Under the pieces are notes generated by a model, which did no database searches, was not told the origin of the DNA, and saw only the letters and a list, made by a program, of their open reading frames with translations. From positions 6,937-70,936 of the forward strand of contig PEAN01000010.1 in assembly GCA_002753735.1 (NCBI GenBank): 64,000 nucleotides of DNA, written 5' to 3'. Shown here piece by piece: positions 47,196-56,482 of this stretch; the stretch's first letter is position 1, and each line of letters starts with the position of its first letter. The DNA comes from Magnetococcales bacterium DCbin4. Lineage in GTDB: Bacteria; Pseudomonadota; Magnetococcia; Magnetococcales; UBA8363. Position numbers and translations under genes: made by a program.

Positions 47196-49514
47196 TCAGC
47201 TTGCTTGAGTCTTCCTCAGTGCCTCCCAAGCTGATTGAGGGTCGAAGACATTGCCAGCCAATTCCAGGTCAAGCAGTTCTTCCGAAAGATACGGATGATG
47301 CTTCTCGGTTTTCTTGATCGCTACATGACGGGCCAATGTCAGTGGCTCAGGGGGGCCATGCGCCACGAACCGTGACAACAGTGCTTCAACCTCTGGCACT
47401 TTGCACTTGTCGAGCCGCAGGAGCGTCCACTCCTGATTGGCTTTAATCCCTTCGGCAACCAACCAGAATCGCAGGGTATGCAAAACGCGGTCCCCCTGCC
47501 AGACAAACAATAACACCTCCGTCCCCTCTTGCAAAAGCCTGACCCTCCCTAAATCCAAACGCCGAAAATGGTCTCGTCCTTCCACCAACAACCTTTGAGC
47601 CCCGGCATCCAAATAGGGGGGGACATCGTCTGCCCCGTACAGGGCGAACATCTCCTGCCGTACCGCATCATGAATCCATGCCCCATTGCCGCTGAACAGG
47701 GGGGGTTGACCACCTTGACTGGGAGTCAAAATGATGGCCCGGCCCTTTTCATTGATTTCAAGGATCTGCCAGCGCTTTCCGGCAAACAGCAACATCTGGC
47801 CAGGTGCCAGGGGAAAATCCACCGGCAGCGTGCCCAGGGTCTTGCCGTTGCTGATCAAACGATATTCCTCAGGCGTTTGGAATGCGGCATAGAACGTGTA
47901 GTGGTTGACCACACGCTCTCCCATTGCTGCCAAAACCAATGTGCCGTCATGGTCCTGGGTGATGAGGTCGTGTTTCGCCAGATCCCTCAGGAGTTGCTTG
48001 AAATGGTTATTTCCCAATCCATGGAACGGACCCGTCTGACAGAACACCCGCCACGCCTCGTGCGGCTGGATACCACCCCGTTGCGCCAGGAGGGAAAGCA
48101 GCTGCTGCACCAGGGTGGAAAGATGCAACCGATTGGGACGGGGCGGTTCCGTCCAGCGTCGCAGCATCAGGTTAACCATGGCCACGGTTTGGAAGAAACG
48201 CATTCGCAAAAGGTCAACGACACTGACCAAGGGTGTCAGCGCACGCTCCTGGACATACAACCGCAACACGGAAGGGGATCCGCGTCGACCTGATCGACCC
48301 AACCGTTGCCGCAGGGCTGCAACTGACGGTGGACAGCCGATCTGGGCCACACTGGCCATTTGTCCAATATCGATCCCCAGTTCCAGGGTGGAAGTGCAGA
48401 TGGCCGTGGCAGGAGTGTCGCGCTGTTTCAAAGCCGCTTCCACATCTTCCCGTATGGCCTTGGACAAATTGCCATGGTGCGGCCAGAACTCGTTGGGGAG
48501 ATGCTGATCTTCGCACCTCCGGCGCAGCTTGTCGGCAATGATTTCCACCGTGCCCCTGGCATTGGCGAATACCAGATGCGAATCCCCACGTAAAGTTTGA
48601 AAAAGTGCCGTGATGATCTCATCCTGGTTCTCCTCATGCGGGGGCTTTTCATCCTCCGACGAAGAACCCCGTTGCCGGAACGGATCCCTTTCAATAAAAC
48701 CGTGCAGTTTTAAACGCACGGTCTGTCCGCCACCATCCGCTTGTACGATCTGACACGGCCATCGCCCATCGTGGCGCAGGGCACGCACGGCAAGCCCCGG
48801 TTCACCCAGGGTTGCGCTCAGACCGATGCGGGGCACCCGCCGACGGATGGTCAGCTCCAGTCGATGCAGCAAGGACTGGAGCTGCATCCCCCGTTCCGTG
48901 CCGATAAACGCGTGCAATTCATCCACCACAATACCGCACAGGGGCTGAAACAATGATGCCACCTGGCTACCACGCAGCACCATGAGGGCTTCCAACGATT
49001 CCGGGGTGATCAGGAGCACGCCTCCCGGTTCCTTGATGGCTCTGCCCTTCTCGGATGCCGAAACGTCCCCGTGGCGACGATGCAAAGGGAGATCCAGACG
49101 TTCACACAATCCTTGCAGGCGGTCGTATTGATCGTTGATCAAGGCTTTGAGGGGACTCACTGAGAGTACCCGGAAGCCCATGATCGTCGAGGTTTCTTGC
49201 AACAGGCGGGTAGCGAGGGGGAGATAAGCCGCCTCGGTTTTACCAGCGGCGGTGGCAGCGGAGACCACCACATCACGGTCTGCGGCAAGGATGGGCGGGA
49301 TGGCCCGTTCCTGGACATCGCGCAAGGTCGCCCACCCCTGTTCCCAGACCCATCGCTGAACTTGAGGATGCAATACGGCAAAGGCGTTGGATGGCCCGCA
49401 TTCGGCAGAGGATTCCACCGGATTGGCGACCCTGGCGGGAACGCCATCAGAGGCGGAAGTCATGGAGGTCGTCATCTCCGGTCGAAAGTGGCGTTGTCGG
49501 CCCGTCGGTGTCAT
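47196..49514 (-). CDS. DExH-box (Lhr/Ski2-like) helicase, third gene of the TerB-ATPase-helicase operon
   Basis: Motif I ATAAGKTEA, II VVDELHAF, III SATL, V TSTLELGIDIG, VI QRLGRSGRRG. Large C-terminal extension. Start ambiguous (49514, 49475 or 49463); all overlap the upstream gene. Confidence 0.8.
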   Translation of the reverse strand: MTPTGRQRHFRPEMTTSMTSASDGVPARVANPVESSAECGPSNAFAVLHPQVQRWVWEQGWATLRDVQERAIPPILAADRDVVVSAATAAGKTEAAYLPLATRLLQETSTIMGFRVLSVSPLKALINDQYDRLQGLCERLDLPLHRRHGDVSASEKGRAIKEPGGVLLITPESLEALMVLRGSQVASLFQPLCGIVVDELHAFIGTERGMQLQSLLHRLELTIRRRVPRIGLSATLGEPGLAVRALRHDGRWPCQIVQADGGGQTVRLKLHGFIERDPFRQRGSSSEDEKPPHEENQDEIITALFQTLRGDSHLVFANARGTVEIIADKLRRRCEDQHLPNEFWPHHGNLSKAIREDVEAALKQRDTPATAICTSTLELGIDIGQMASVAQIGCPPSVAALRQRLGRSGRRGSPSVLRLYVQERALTPLVSVVDLLRMRFFQTVAMVNLMLRRWTEPPRPNRLHLSTLVQQLLSLLAQRGGIQPHEAWRVFCQTGPFHGLGNNHFKQLLRDLAKHDLITQDHDGTLVLAAMGERVVNHYTFYAAFQTPEEYRLISNGKTLGTLPVDFPLAPGQMLLFAGKRWQILEINEKGRAIILTPSQGGQPPLFSGNGAWIHDAVRQEMFALYGADDVPPYLDAGAQRLLVEGRDHFRRLDLGRVRLLQEGTEVLLFVWQGDRVLHTLRFWLVAEGIKANQEWTLLRLDKCKVPEVEALLSRFVAHGPPEPLTLARHVAIKKTEKHHPYLSEELLDLELAGNVFDPQSAWEALRKTQAS

Positions 49515-50790
49515 CGAAGGTCAGGGGAACCAGATCCAGATTTTCTTCCTTCTGGATTTGAACCCGACCCAAAAGGTCCTCCCATGCCATACCGGGTGCG
49601 TGTTCCAGGACCGCAAGGAGGTCCAGAAAGGCCCGGATGGTGTTGCGAGGGGTTTGGAAATAGGCGCTGCCCATGGTTTGGGCGCAATGATGCATGAAGG
49701 CGTGCAAGGCTTCGTCGGGCACGGCCAACTTCGTCGGATCGCCACCAGCCTGCACCAGCCGCAGTTTACCCAACAGCACGTAAAGATCCTCCTGTGTCAG
49801 GTTGGCCAAGCGGATCACCGGACCGGAAAAGTCCCTCACTCCTGCCTGAGCCGCGAAGCGGTTCTCCCGCAAACGGCTTTCCAACGCAGAATAACTGTAA
49901 AGTCCCCGGCGGGGATCGGTCAGGAATTCCGGAGTCCCGGCCATCAGAAATCCCAATCCCTCCGTAGCACCCTGGAGGGCATCGTTGAGGATGCGCAGAA
50001 TCTGTTCATAATTACCCTGCCGCGCCTGGGTGTTGGCCATCTTGTAAAGATTGACCATTTCATCCAACCCCACCAGCAGCCCTCGATAGTCTGCCAGTCG
50101 GACGAAGCGGGCCATCAGTTTGAGCTGGTCGTAAACATTGGCATCGTCCACAATGGTCCGCACCCCCAGGGCGTGGCGCGCTTCGGTTCGGGTGGCATAC
50201 TCCCCGCGCAACCAGCGGACGGCATCGGTCTTAAGCGAATCATTACCACTCTCGTGTCCGCGCCAATAGGCCGCAATGACCTCAGCGAAATCATAGCCGC
50301 CCACCATCTCTGAAAGATGCTCCAGACGGCGGTAGATCACTGTTTCCACAGACTCCCCAGAGTTCTTGCCCTCTTTGAGGGCCGTACTGACGAACCGTTC
50401 CACGACACTGGATAAGGCACCCCCCTCGTGTTTGGTGCGCGTGGCCAGGTTTCGCATCAGTTCGGCGTACAGGATACGTGCTTGTCCCCGGGTGGCGTGT
50501 AAACGGCGATCGGGGTTGAGGTCGGCTGTAGCGACCACGAGACCTTTTTCCAATGCAATGGCGCGAATCAGATTGAGAAAGAACGTCTTTCCGGATCCGT
50601 AATCGCCGATGATGAAGCGAATGGTCGCCCCACCATCCAGCAGACGGTCCAGATCGTCCACCAAGGCATGCACTTCCTCAGCCCGTCCCACTTGGATGTG
50701 TTGCAGGCCATGGCGCGGCGCCACTCCGGCGCGCAAAGATTGCAGGATGGCGCTGCGTTCCCGGGGACGCAGTGGAACGACATGGCTCAT
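49447..50790 (-). CDS. DUF2791/BrxD-like P-loop ATPase, second gene of the operon
   Basis: SAILQSLRAGVAPRHGLQHIQVGRAEEV...RFIIGDYGSGKTFFL (Walker A), LLVGLDEM (Walker B). ATGA overlap with the TerB gene stop at 50787-50790. Confidence 0.75.
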   Translation of the reverse strand: MSHVVPLRPRERSAILQSLRAGVAPRHGLQHIQVGRAEEVHALVDDLDRLLDGGATIRFIIGDYGSGKTFFLNLIRAIALEKGLVVATADLNPDRRLHATRGQARILYAELMRNLATRTKHEGGALSSVVERFVSTALKEGKNSGESVETVIYRRLEHLSEMVGGYDFAEVIAAYWRGHESGNDSLKTDAVRWLRGEYATRTEARHALGVRTIVDDANVYDQLKLMARFVRLADYRGLLVGLDEMVNLYKMANTQARQGNYEQILRILNDALQGATEGLGFLMAGTPEFLTDPRRGLYSYSALESRLRENRFAAQAGVRDFSGPVIRLANLTQEDLYVLLGKLRLVQAGGDPTKLAVPDEALHAFMHHCAQTMGSAYFQTPRNTIRAFLDLLAVLEHAPGMAWEDLLGRVQIQKEENLDLVPLTFDDTDGPTTPLSTGDDDLHDFRL

Positions 50791-53387
50791 GAGATCATCT
50801 CCTCGACGATATCCCGATTGACAGTGATGGGATCCTCTCCTTCCACCAGGGGATTGCCACACGCGACAAAGGCCGCTTCGTTGATCGCTTCCATGGCGCC
50901 GTCGGGTAGCAACGCCAATTCAGCGCACAGGATCTCATAAGAGGCTCTGGCCCATGTCCCCTGCTCCCGCAACCGGTGGAACAGGCTCAGGAGTTCACCC
51001 TCCAATCCCGGCACGCTTGGCAGCGCAACCTCTGCGGAAGCGGACACGACGGGTGCTGTGACAGGTGTGGGTTCATCTTGTTCTGCGACAAAAATCGTTG
51101 CCAACAATCGTTGCACGGCCTCGGTATTGGCCATGGTGGACGCCACCTTGCGCATATCGAGTTGGACCCCCGGCACGGGGAGATGACCCAAAACCCCTGT
51201 CGGCGGTTGCATCAAGGGCATTTGTTGGCCGTGGTCCCACCCGTCCATGACTGGTTGGCGGGAAGCCGCCTGGAAGGCATGCAAGTCTGAGTGGATGGAC
51301 GCGGGATCCAGATGAAGCAATGGGTATAGGTTACCCAGAATTTTGATCTCGGCTGGATCAATGTGACCGTCAGAACCGGCAATGGCCATCAGGAATCGGG
51401 CAATCGTTTTCCCTTGTTCGACCGTCAACGCCCCCAGACGGCTTTTCAATCCGCTCAACCGGGGCCGTTCCTCCAACAACCATTCCAAGTGGGCCCCCAA
51501 ACGCCTTCTTTCCCAGAGTTCGAGTCCGTCCAGACAGACGAGGTACTCTGCCAATTGCTGGTATTCCTCTTGGGAGACCTGGCCATCGGCGCCGACCATC
51601 GTGGCCGCAAAATGTAAAGTGACCGCCGCGTTCTTAAAGGCTTGGGAGGGGGCCGCCCCCTCTGTTTCCTGTTGCCGGAAAAGGCAGAGTTTGCCATTTG
51701 GTTTGAGCTGAAACGGGCCAAAACGGATGTCGGGCTCCAATCCCACATGGAGCTTGCCCAGGAGTTGGGCCATGGCGACCGCTTCTTTTTTACTCACCCT
51801 GCCCGTTTCCTGCAACGGCCAGTGATGGAGCAGGTCGGCAGCCACCACCACCACCTGTTCTTCCCGCCCCAGGATCGTCCGGAGTGCCGAGGCCAGGGGC
51901 TCCAGGGGGGGCTCATTGACTTTTGCACGCAAAAGCACGGGGTGGAGCAGGGTCAACGCAGTCAGACTTCCAATCCGTTCGGGATCCCTCCCCAACAACC
52001 GGCTGTACGGCTCCAATTCCTCCATGCACCACTCGGCAATCTCCCGAATGGCCCTCATGGGTTTTTTCAAGGCGCTCACATCCGGCAAGGATGAAAGATG
52101 CTCCATGATTCGATGACCGAATCCACCACTGGCAGGTTGATAGGTCGCCTTGAGCAGGGTTTTGTTGGGCGGGATGATCATCCCTTCCAAATAATCCTGA
52201 TCGTAGCGCCAAAAGAACAGCTTGGCGAACATCTCCCAACAACGCGTGGCCGGTGTCCTCAGTCGGCTCTCGGGATCGGCCAACAGCCAAGCCAGGGCAA
52301 GATGCGCAGGAATCGGCTGATGCTCATGAACCAGCCGTCCAATATGGATCAACACATCCGATGGTGGATTATTCCAAACCCCCTGTTCCAGCAGATGGGT
52401 CTGCGTCAAAGGAACAGTAAAACCGTCGCGCAACGCCAGGAACGCCAGCAATCCGCCGGAATATCTACGAAACGAACCGTTGTTGCCATAAATCCGTCTC
52501 AGACGGAGGATCTCCCGGGACAATACAGGCCGCTCCTCCCGGGCATGCTCCGAGGTATCGACATCGACCAGCAGGCGGCGCTCCAGACCGTAATAATAGA
52601 GGAACACATAGCCGATGTTGGTATCCGGGGATTGGGCACCGTCGGCAAGCCACTCCAAATACGCTGCCCGGGCGCTTGGCCGAAACTCGGAGTAGGAGGG
52701 CCAATAGTCCAATGTACTGCCTGACCGATCCGGCAGGAGGGAATCGATGGGTTGGCGGGGGCGGATGAGGGATGGTTCCACACCATCCGCTTTGAAAGCG
52801 CCAAATGCGGATGAAAGCTGGTTGCCCACATAGACCATGCCCCCCGGGATCACGTACCCTTGCACTGAAACCGGCTTGCCTGCCGGAATCCAGCAATCGT
52901 CTCCATGTTGTGCCAAGGTCGGAAGCGGGGATGACGGTAAAGTCCATTCGCGTCGTGCTTCGACTTCATCAATTCGCAGCGCGACAAGTGATCGATCATG
53001 CAGATCTGGGATCGGCTCCGATGAAGGTTGGTGGATGCAATGTCGGGATTGAGGAAACCACTCTTGCGAAGAACTGAGTTGAGAAGGGGAAGAGGTGACC
53101 TCACATTCATGCCCCCCACAGTGACTTCCCCCATCTTGCGACAGACTGTCGGGTGATGGAACTGGGGTTTCGGGCGGTCTGGTCACATGTTTTGATTTTG
53201 GAGCATACGCACCCGTGGGTGGTTGTGGAAAAGGGGATTTGCGCAGTCTGGTCACATGTTTTGATTTTGGAACAGGCGCGCCCGTGGAGGGATTTGGGGA
53301 TTGAGATGGATCAGAAGGTTTGGCTTTTTCTCCAAACAACCAACGATGGCCAATGAACACCACTCCGAGCAGAAGCAAAAACTCCAT
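50787..53387 (-). CDS. TerB-domain protein (TerB-N / TerB / TerB-C-like), first gene of the operon
   Basis: N-terminal TM helix MEFLLLLGVVFIG and a Pro-rich duplicated linker. WIPAGKPVSVQGYVIPGGMVYVG is TerB-N-like. Two TerB-type motifs: ATMVGADGQVSQEEYQQL and MAIAGSDGHIDPAEIKIL. Confidence 0.7.
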   Translation of the reverse strand: MEFLLLLGVVFIGHRWLFGEKAKPSDPSQSPNPSTGAPVPKSKHVTRLRKSPFPQPPTGAYAPKSKHVTRPPETPVPSPDSLSQDGGSHCGGHECEVTSSPSQLSSSQEWFPQSRHCIHQPSSEPIPDLHDRSLVALRIDEVEARREWTLPSSPLPTLAQHGDDCWIPAGKPVSVQGYVIPGGMVYVGNQLSSAFGAFKADGVEPSLIRPRQPIDSLLPDRSGSTLDYWPSYSEFRPSARAAYLEWLADGAQSPDTNIGYVFLYYYGLERRLLVDVDTSEHAREERPVLSREILRLRRIYGNNGSFRRYSGGLLAFLALRDGFTVPLTQTHLLEQGVWNNPPSDVLIHIGRLVHEHQPIPAHLALAWLLADPESRLRTPATRCWEMFAKLFFWRYDQDYLEGMIIPPNKTLLKATYQPASGGFGHRIMEHLSSLPDVSALKKPMRAIREIAEWCMEELEPYSRLLGRDPERIGSLTALTLLHPVLLRAKVNEPPLEPLASALRTILGREEQVVVVAADLLHHWPLQETGRVSKKEAVAMAQLLGKLHVGLEPDIRFGPFQLKPNGKLCLFRQQETEGAAPSQAFKNAAVTLHFAATMVGADGQVSQEEYQQLAEYLVCLDGLELWERRRLGAHLEWLLEERPRLSGLKSRLGALTVEQGKTIARFLMAIAGSDGHIDPAEIKILGNLYPLLHLDPASIHSDLHAFQAASRQPVMDGWDHGQQMPLMQPPTGVLGHLPVPGVQLDMRKVASTMANTEAVQRLLATIFVAEQDEPTPVTAPVVSASAEVALPSVPGLEGELLSLFHRLREQGTWARASYEILCAELALLPDGAMEAINEAAFVACGNPLVEGEDPITVNRDIVEEMIS

Positions 53388-53663
53388 GCACTTTCCCCAG
53401 AGGCTTTGGATTTCATTCGATATGGCATGATCATATCAGTTGTTTATTTCTTCCGCAAGACGACAGCATACCCTTCACAGGCTTGCAATCATGCCATCCA
53501 TACCTCACAACATTAAACTTTACTTTGATTGTCGATCAGGAACGAAAAAACTTCATATACTATGATAAAAAACACCAGGCAGGAGTGAATCGGGGGACCA
53601 ACCGCTCCACGCATCATGCATGAAAGCATTCATGACAATCCCTTGATCCCCATTTGATCTTGA

Positions 53664-54098
53664 TCATACCGACGGAAGGTCGTTGAGTGTCGCCCAGGCC
53701 CTTTGATAACGCTGCATCCGCGCCCAATCCCGTTCATCGGGGACATGATCCAGACGGCGAACATCCATGTTGTCGATCAAATCCAATAATTTGATCTTCC
53801 GGGCAACCCGATTGGGCTTCAACCGCGCGATATAATCTTCATAACTGTCCTCAGCACGGTGGGTCAGAAGATCCACCACCGATAAAACCGATTCGGAAAA
53901 CCCTTCGCGCTCCAAATCTTTCAAGGTGATCGGGGTATCCTCCACCACATCATGAAGCAGGGCGATCATCTGATGGGAGGGATCGTCCAACTGCATCATC
54001 AACCGAAGTGGGTGCAGGATATACGGCTGACCCGACCGGTCAACCTGCCCCTCATGATACCGGGCCGCCAGGGCCAAAGCCTTCTCCAGAGTAGACAT
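53664..54098 (-). CDS. small HD-domain protein (SpoT/RelA hydrolase-like, putative alarmone hydrolase)
   Basis: ALALAARYHEGQVDRSGQPYILHPLRL...ALLHDVVEDT is the HD_4 pattern. 144 aa. Confidence 0.7.
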   Translation of the reverse strand: MSTLEKALALAARYHEGQVDRSGQPYILHPLRLMMQLDDPSHQMIALLHDVVEDTPITLKDLEREGFSESVLSVVDLLTHRAEDSYEDYIARLKPNRVARKIKLLDLIDNMDVRRLDHVPDERDWARMQRYQRAWATLNDLPSV

Positions 54099-54111
54099 GA
54101 TCACCTGCCGA

Positions 54112-55218
54112 TCAACTGACGGAAAGCATCCGTTCCAAGGCCAGTTTGGCCAGTTGCGCTTCCCGTTGGGGAACGGAAATGCGATTGACCAACCGCCCTT
54201 GGACCAATTGTTCCAAAGTCCAACACAAATGTTGGGTGTCGATGCGAAACATCGTCGAACACATGCAGATGGTCGGACACAAAAAATGAATTTCCCGGTC
54301 AGGGAGTTCGTGTTTCAAACGGTTGACCAGGTTCAATTCGGTACCGATGGCAAACCGGCTCCCGGGCGGGGCAGAGCGTACCACCTGCTGGATCTTCTCG
54401 GTGGAACCCAACTCGTCGGCCAGGTCACACACTTCCATCGAACATTCGGGATGCACCACGATCCGAATGCCAGGAACCCTTTTGCGGAACAATTCCACAT
54501 GGGCCGGTTGAAACATTTGATGGACCGAACAATATCCATTCCACAAAATCACCCGCGCCTTGCGGATGGCGTCCTCGGTCAATCCCCCCAGGGGGAGATC
54601 GGGCTGGTACAGGACGATCTCGTCCAGCGGGATCCCCATCCGTTTGGCACTGTTGCGCCCCAAATGTTGATCCGGGAAGAAAAACACCTTGGGACGTTGG
54701 GAGAATGCCCATTTTAATATGTTTGTGGCATTGGAAGAGGTACAGACGATCCCTTGATGGGCACCACAAAAAGCCTTGAGTTCAGCAGTCGAATTGACGT
54801 AGGTAACAGGCGTCACCTGGGATTCCACGGGAATGACCCGTTCCAATTCCTTCCAGGCCGCCGTCACCTGAAGCAAATCGGCCATATCAGCCATGGAACA
54901 CCCTGCCGCCAGATCAGGCAGGAGGGTCACCTGATTGGGACCGGAAAGGATGTCTGCGACCTCGGCCATGAAATGGACACCGCAGAACACAATCGTCTCG
55001 GCCCGGGTTCGTTGTGAGGCCAGGCGCGACAATTTCAACGAATCGCCCGTCAGATCAGCGAATTGATAGACCTCCTCCCGTTGATAGTGGTGGCACAGGA
55101 TCACCAGTTTTTCCCCAAGCTGGTCCCGTGCCGCCTGAATACGCCGGTTCAGTTCCTGATCGCTGCACTGATACAGGGATTCCAGCAATGATTGGGAAGA
55201 ATCGGCAACAGCATTCAT
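54112..55218 (-). CDS. nadA: quinolinate synthase
   Basis: LVILCHHYQREEV, VFCGVHFMAE, CSMADM, VCTSSNA, CPTICMCSTM are NadA motifs with the cluster Cys residues. Start trimmed to 55218. Confidence 0.85.
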   Translation of the reverse strand: MNAVADSSQSLLESLYQCSDQELNRRIQAARDQLGEKLVILCHHYQREEVYQFADLTGDSLKLSRLASQRTRAETIVFCGVHFMAEVADILSGPNQVTLLPDLAAGCSMADMADLLQVTAAWKELERVIPVESQVTPVTYVNSTAELKAFCGAHQGIVCTSSNATNILKWAFSQRPKVFFFPDQHLGRNSAKRMGIPLDEIVLYQPDLPLGGLTEDAIRKARVILWNGYCSVHQMFQPAHVELFRKRVPGIRIVVHPECSMEVCDLADELGSTEKIQQVVRSAPPGSRFAIGTELNLVNRLKHELPDREIHFLCPTICMCSTMFRIDTQHLCWTLEQLVQGRLVNRISVPQREAQLAKLALERMLSVS

Positions 55219-55285
55219 GAACGAACCCGTCAGGATGGGGGTGGACGATTCCCGGAGGAAACCGGTCGGCAGTGAGCACCACGGC

Positions 55286-56464
55286 ATGGACAATGGTAAC
55301 AATCCCTGGCTGAAACTGAAAGAGTCCTTGCGTGCCCGGGCACATGCATTGGGATTTGACGCCGTCGGTTTCGCCGCCCCGCACCCCCCGCCAGGGAGTC
55401 ACCATTTCCCATCATGGATCGAATCGGGCCGACATGGCTCCATGGAATGGCTCGCAAACCATGTGGAACGCCGCCTGGATCCGGGTCGATTATTGCCGGG
55501 GGCCGGGGTCGTGATGACCCTGGGGATGAATTACCGCCCCCGGGAGGCCACTGATGACCATGACCCGGCACCGCACCGGCCACGAATGGCCGCCTTTTGC
55601 CGCATCGATGATTATCACGTCGTGGTCAAGCAACGATTGAAGGAACTGGCACGGTGGCTGGAACGGGAATGGGGGGCACCCCTGGAAGGACGTGTATTCG
55701 TGGATACCGCACCGATCATGGAAAAACCCTTGGCCATGGCCTCCGGACTGGGATGGCAGGGAAAAAATACCCTGTTGGTGTCAAGAAAATGGGGCTGCTG
55801 GTTGTTTCTGGGAGAATATGTACTCCCCCTCCCCTTGCCCCCCGACCCTCCCGCCACCTCCCATTGCGGACGGTGCCGACGCTGTTGCATCGTCTGTCCC
55901 ACCGGCGCCCTGGAAGGCAATGGCGGCATGGATGCCCGACGCTGCATCGCCTATCTGACCATCGAATCCCGGGATCCCATCCCCAGAGATTGCCGCACCG
56001 CCATGGGCAACCGCCTGGTGGGATGTGACGATTGTCTGCGCATCTGTCCATGGAATCGTTTCGCCCCGCCAACCCGTGAACCACGATTCAATCCGAGAAC
56101 AACCCTGGCCAAACGTTCACTATTGGCGTATGTGACCCTGGATGACACCGCATTCCGCCGCCGGTTCCACAAAACCGGCATCCAACGGCTGGGACGGACA
56201 CGATTTTTACGCAATCTGGCCATCACACTGGGCAACTGGGGAACGGCGGCGGCGGCAGAAGGTTTGAAACGATTGTTGCACGAAACCGAACCCCTGATCC
56301 GGGGTGCAGCGGTGTGGGGCCTGGGTCAGGTCGCCGTTAATTCCCGGGAAAATGGTCAAAAAATATTCCCGATCTTGCGGGAAATGGCACAACGGGAACA
56401 AAATCTCCAAGTACGGGAAGAAATCGACCAAACCCTGTCGCCCTGCACGAAGTCATATCAATAG
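55286..56464 (+). CDS. queG: tRNA epoxyqueuosine(34) reductase
   Basis: Two 4Fe-4S motifs (CGRCRRCCIVCPTGAL, CDDCLRICPWN), CIAYLTIE, C-terminal HEAT-like repeats. Divergent from nadA. Confidence 0.85.
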   Translation: MDNGNNPWLKLKESLRARAHALGFDAVGFAAPHPPPGSHHFPSWIESGRHGSMEWLANHVERRLDPGRLLPGAGVVMTLGMNYRPREATDDHDPAPHRPRMAAFCRIDDYHVVVKQRLKELARWLEREWGAPLEGRVFVDTAPIMEKPLAMASGLGWQGKNTLLVSRKWGCWLFLGEYVLPLPLPPDPPATSHCGRCRRCCIVCPTGALEGNGGMDARRCIAYLTIESRDPIPRDCRTAMGNRLVGCDDCLRICPWNRFAPPTREPRFNPRTTLAKRSLLAYVTLDDTAFRRRFHKTGIQRLGRTRFLRNLAITLGNWGTAAAAEGLKRLLHETEPLIRGAAVWGLGQVAVNSRENGQKIFPILREMAQREQNLQVREEIDQTLSPCTKSYQ

Positions 56465-56482
56465 ATAAATGACACTCCATCC

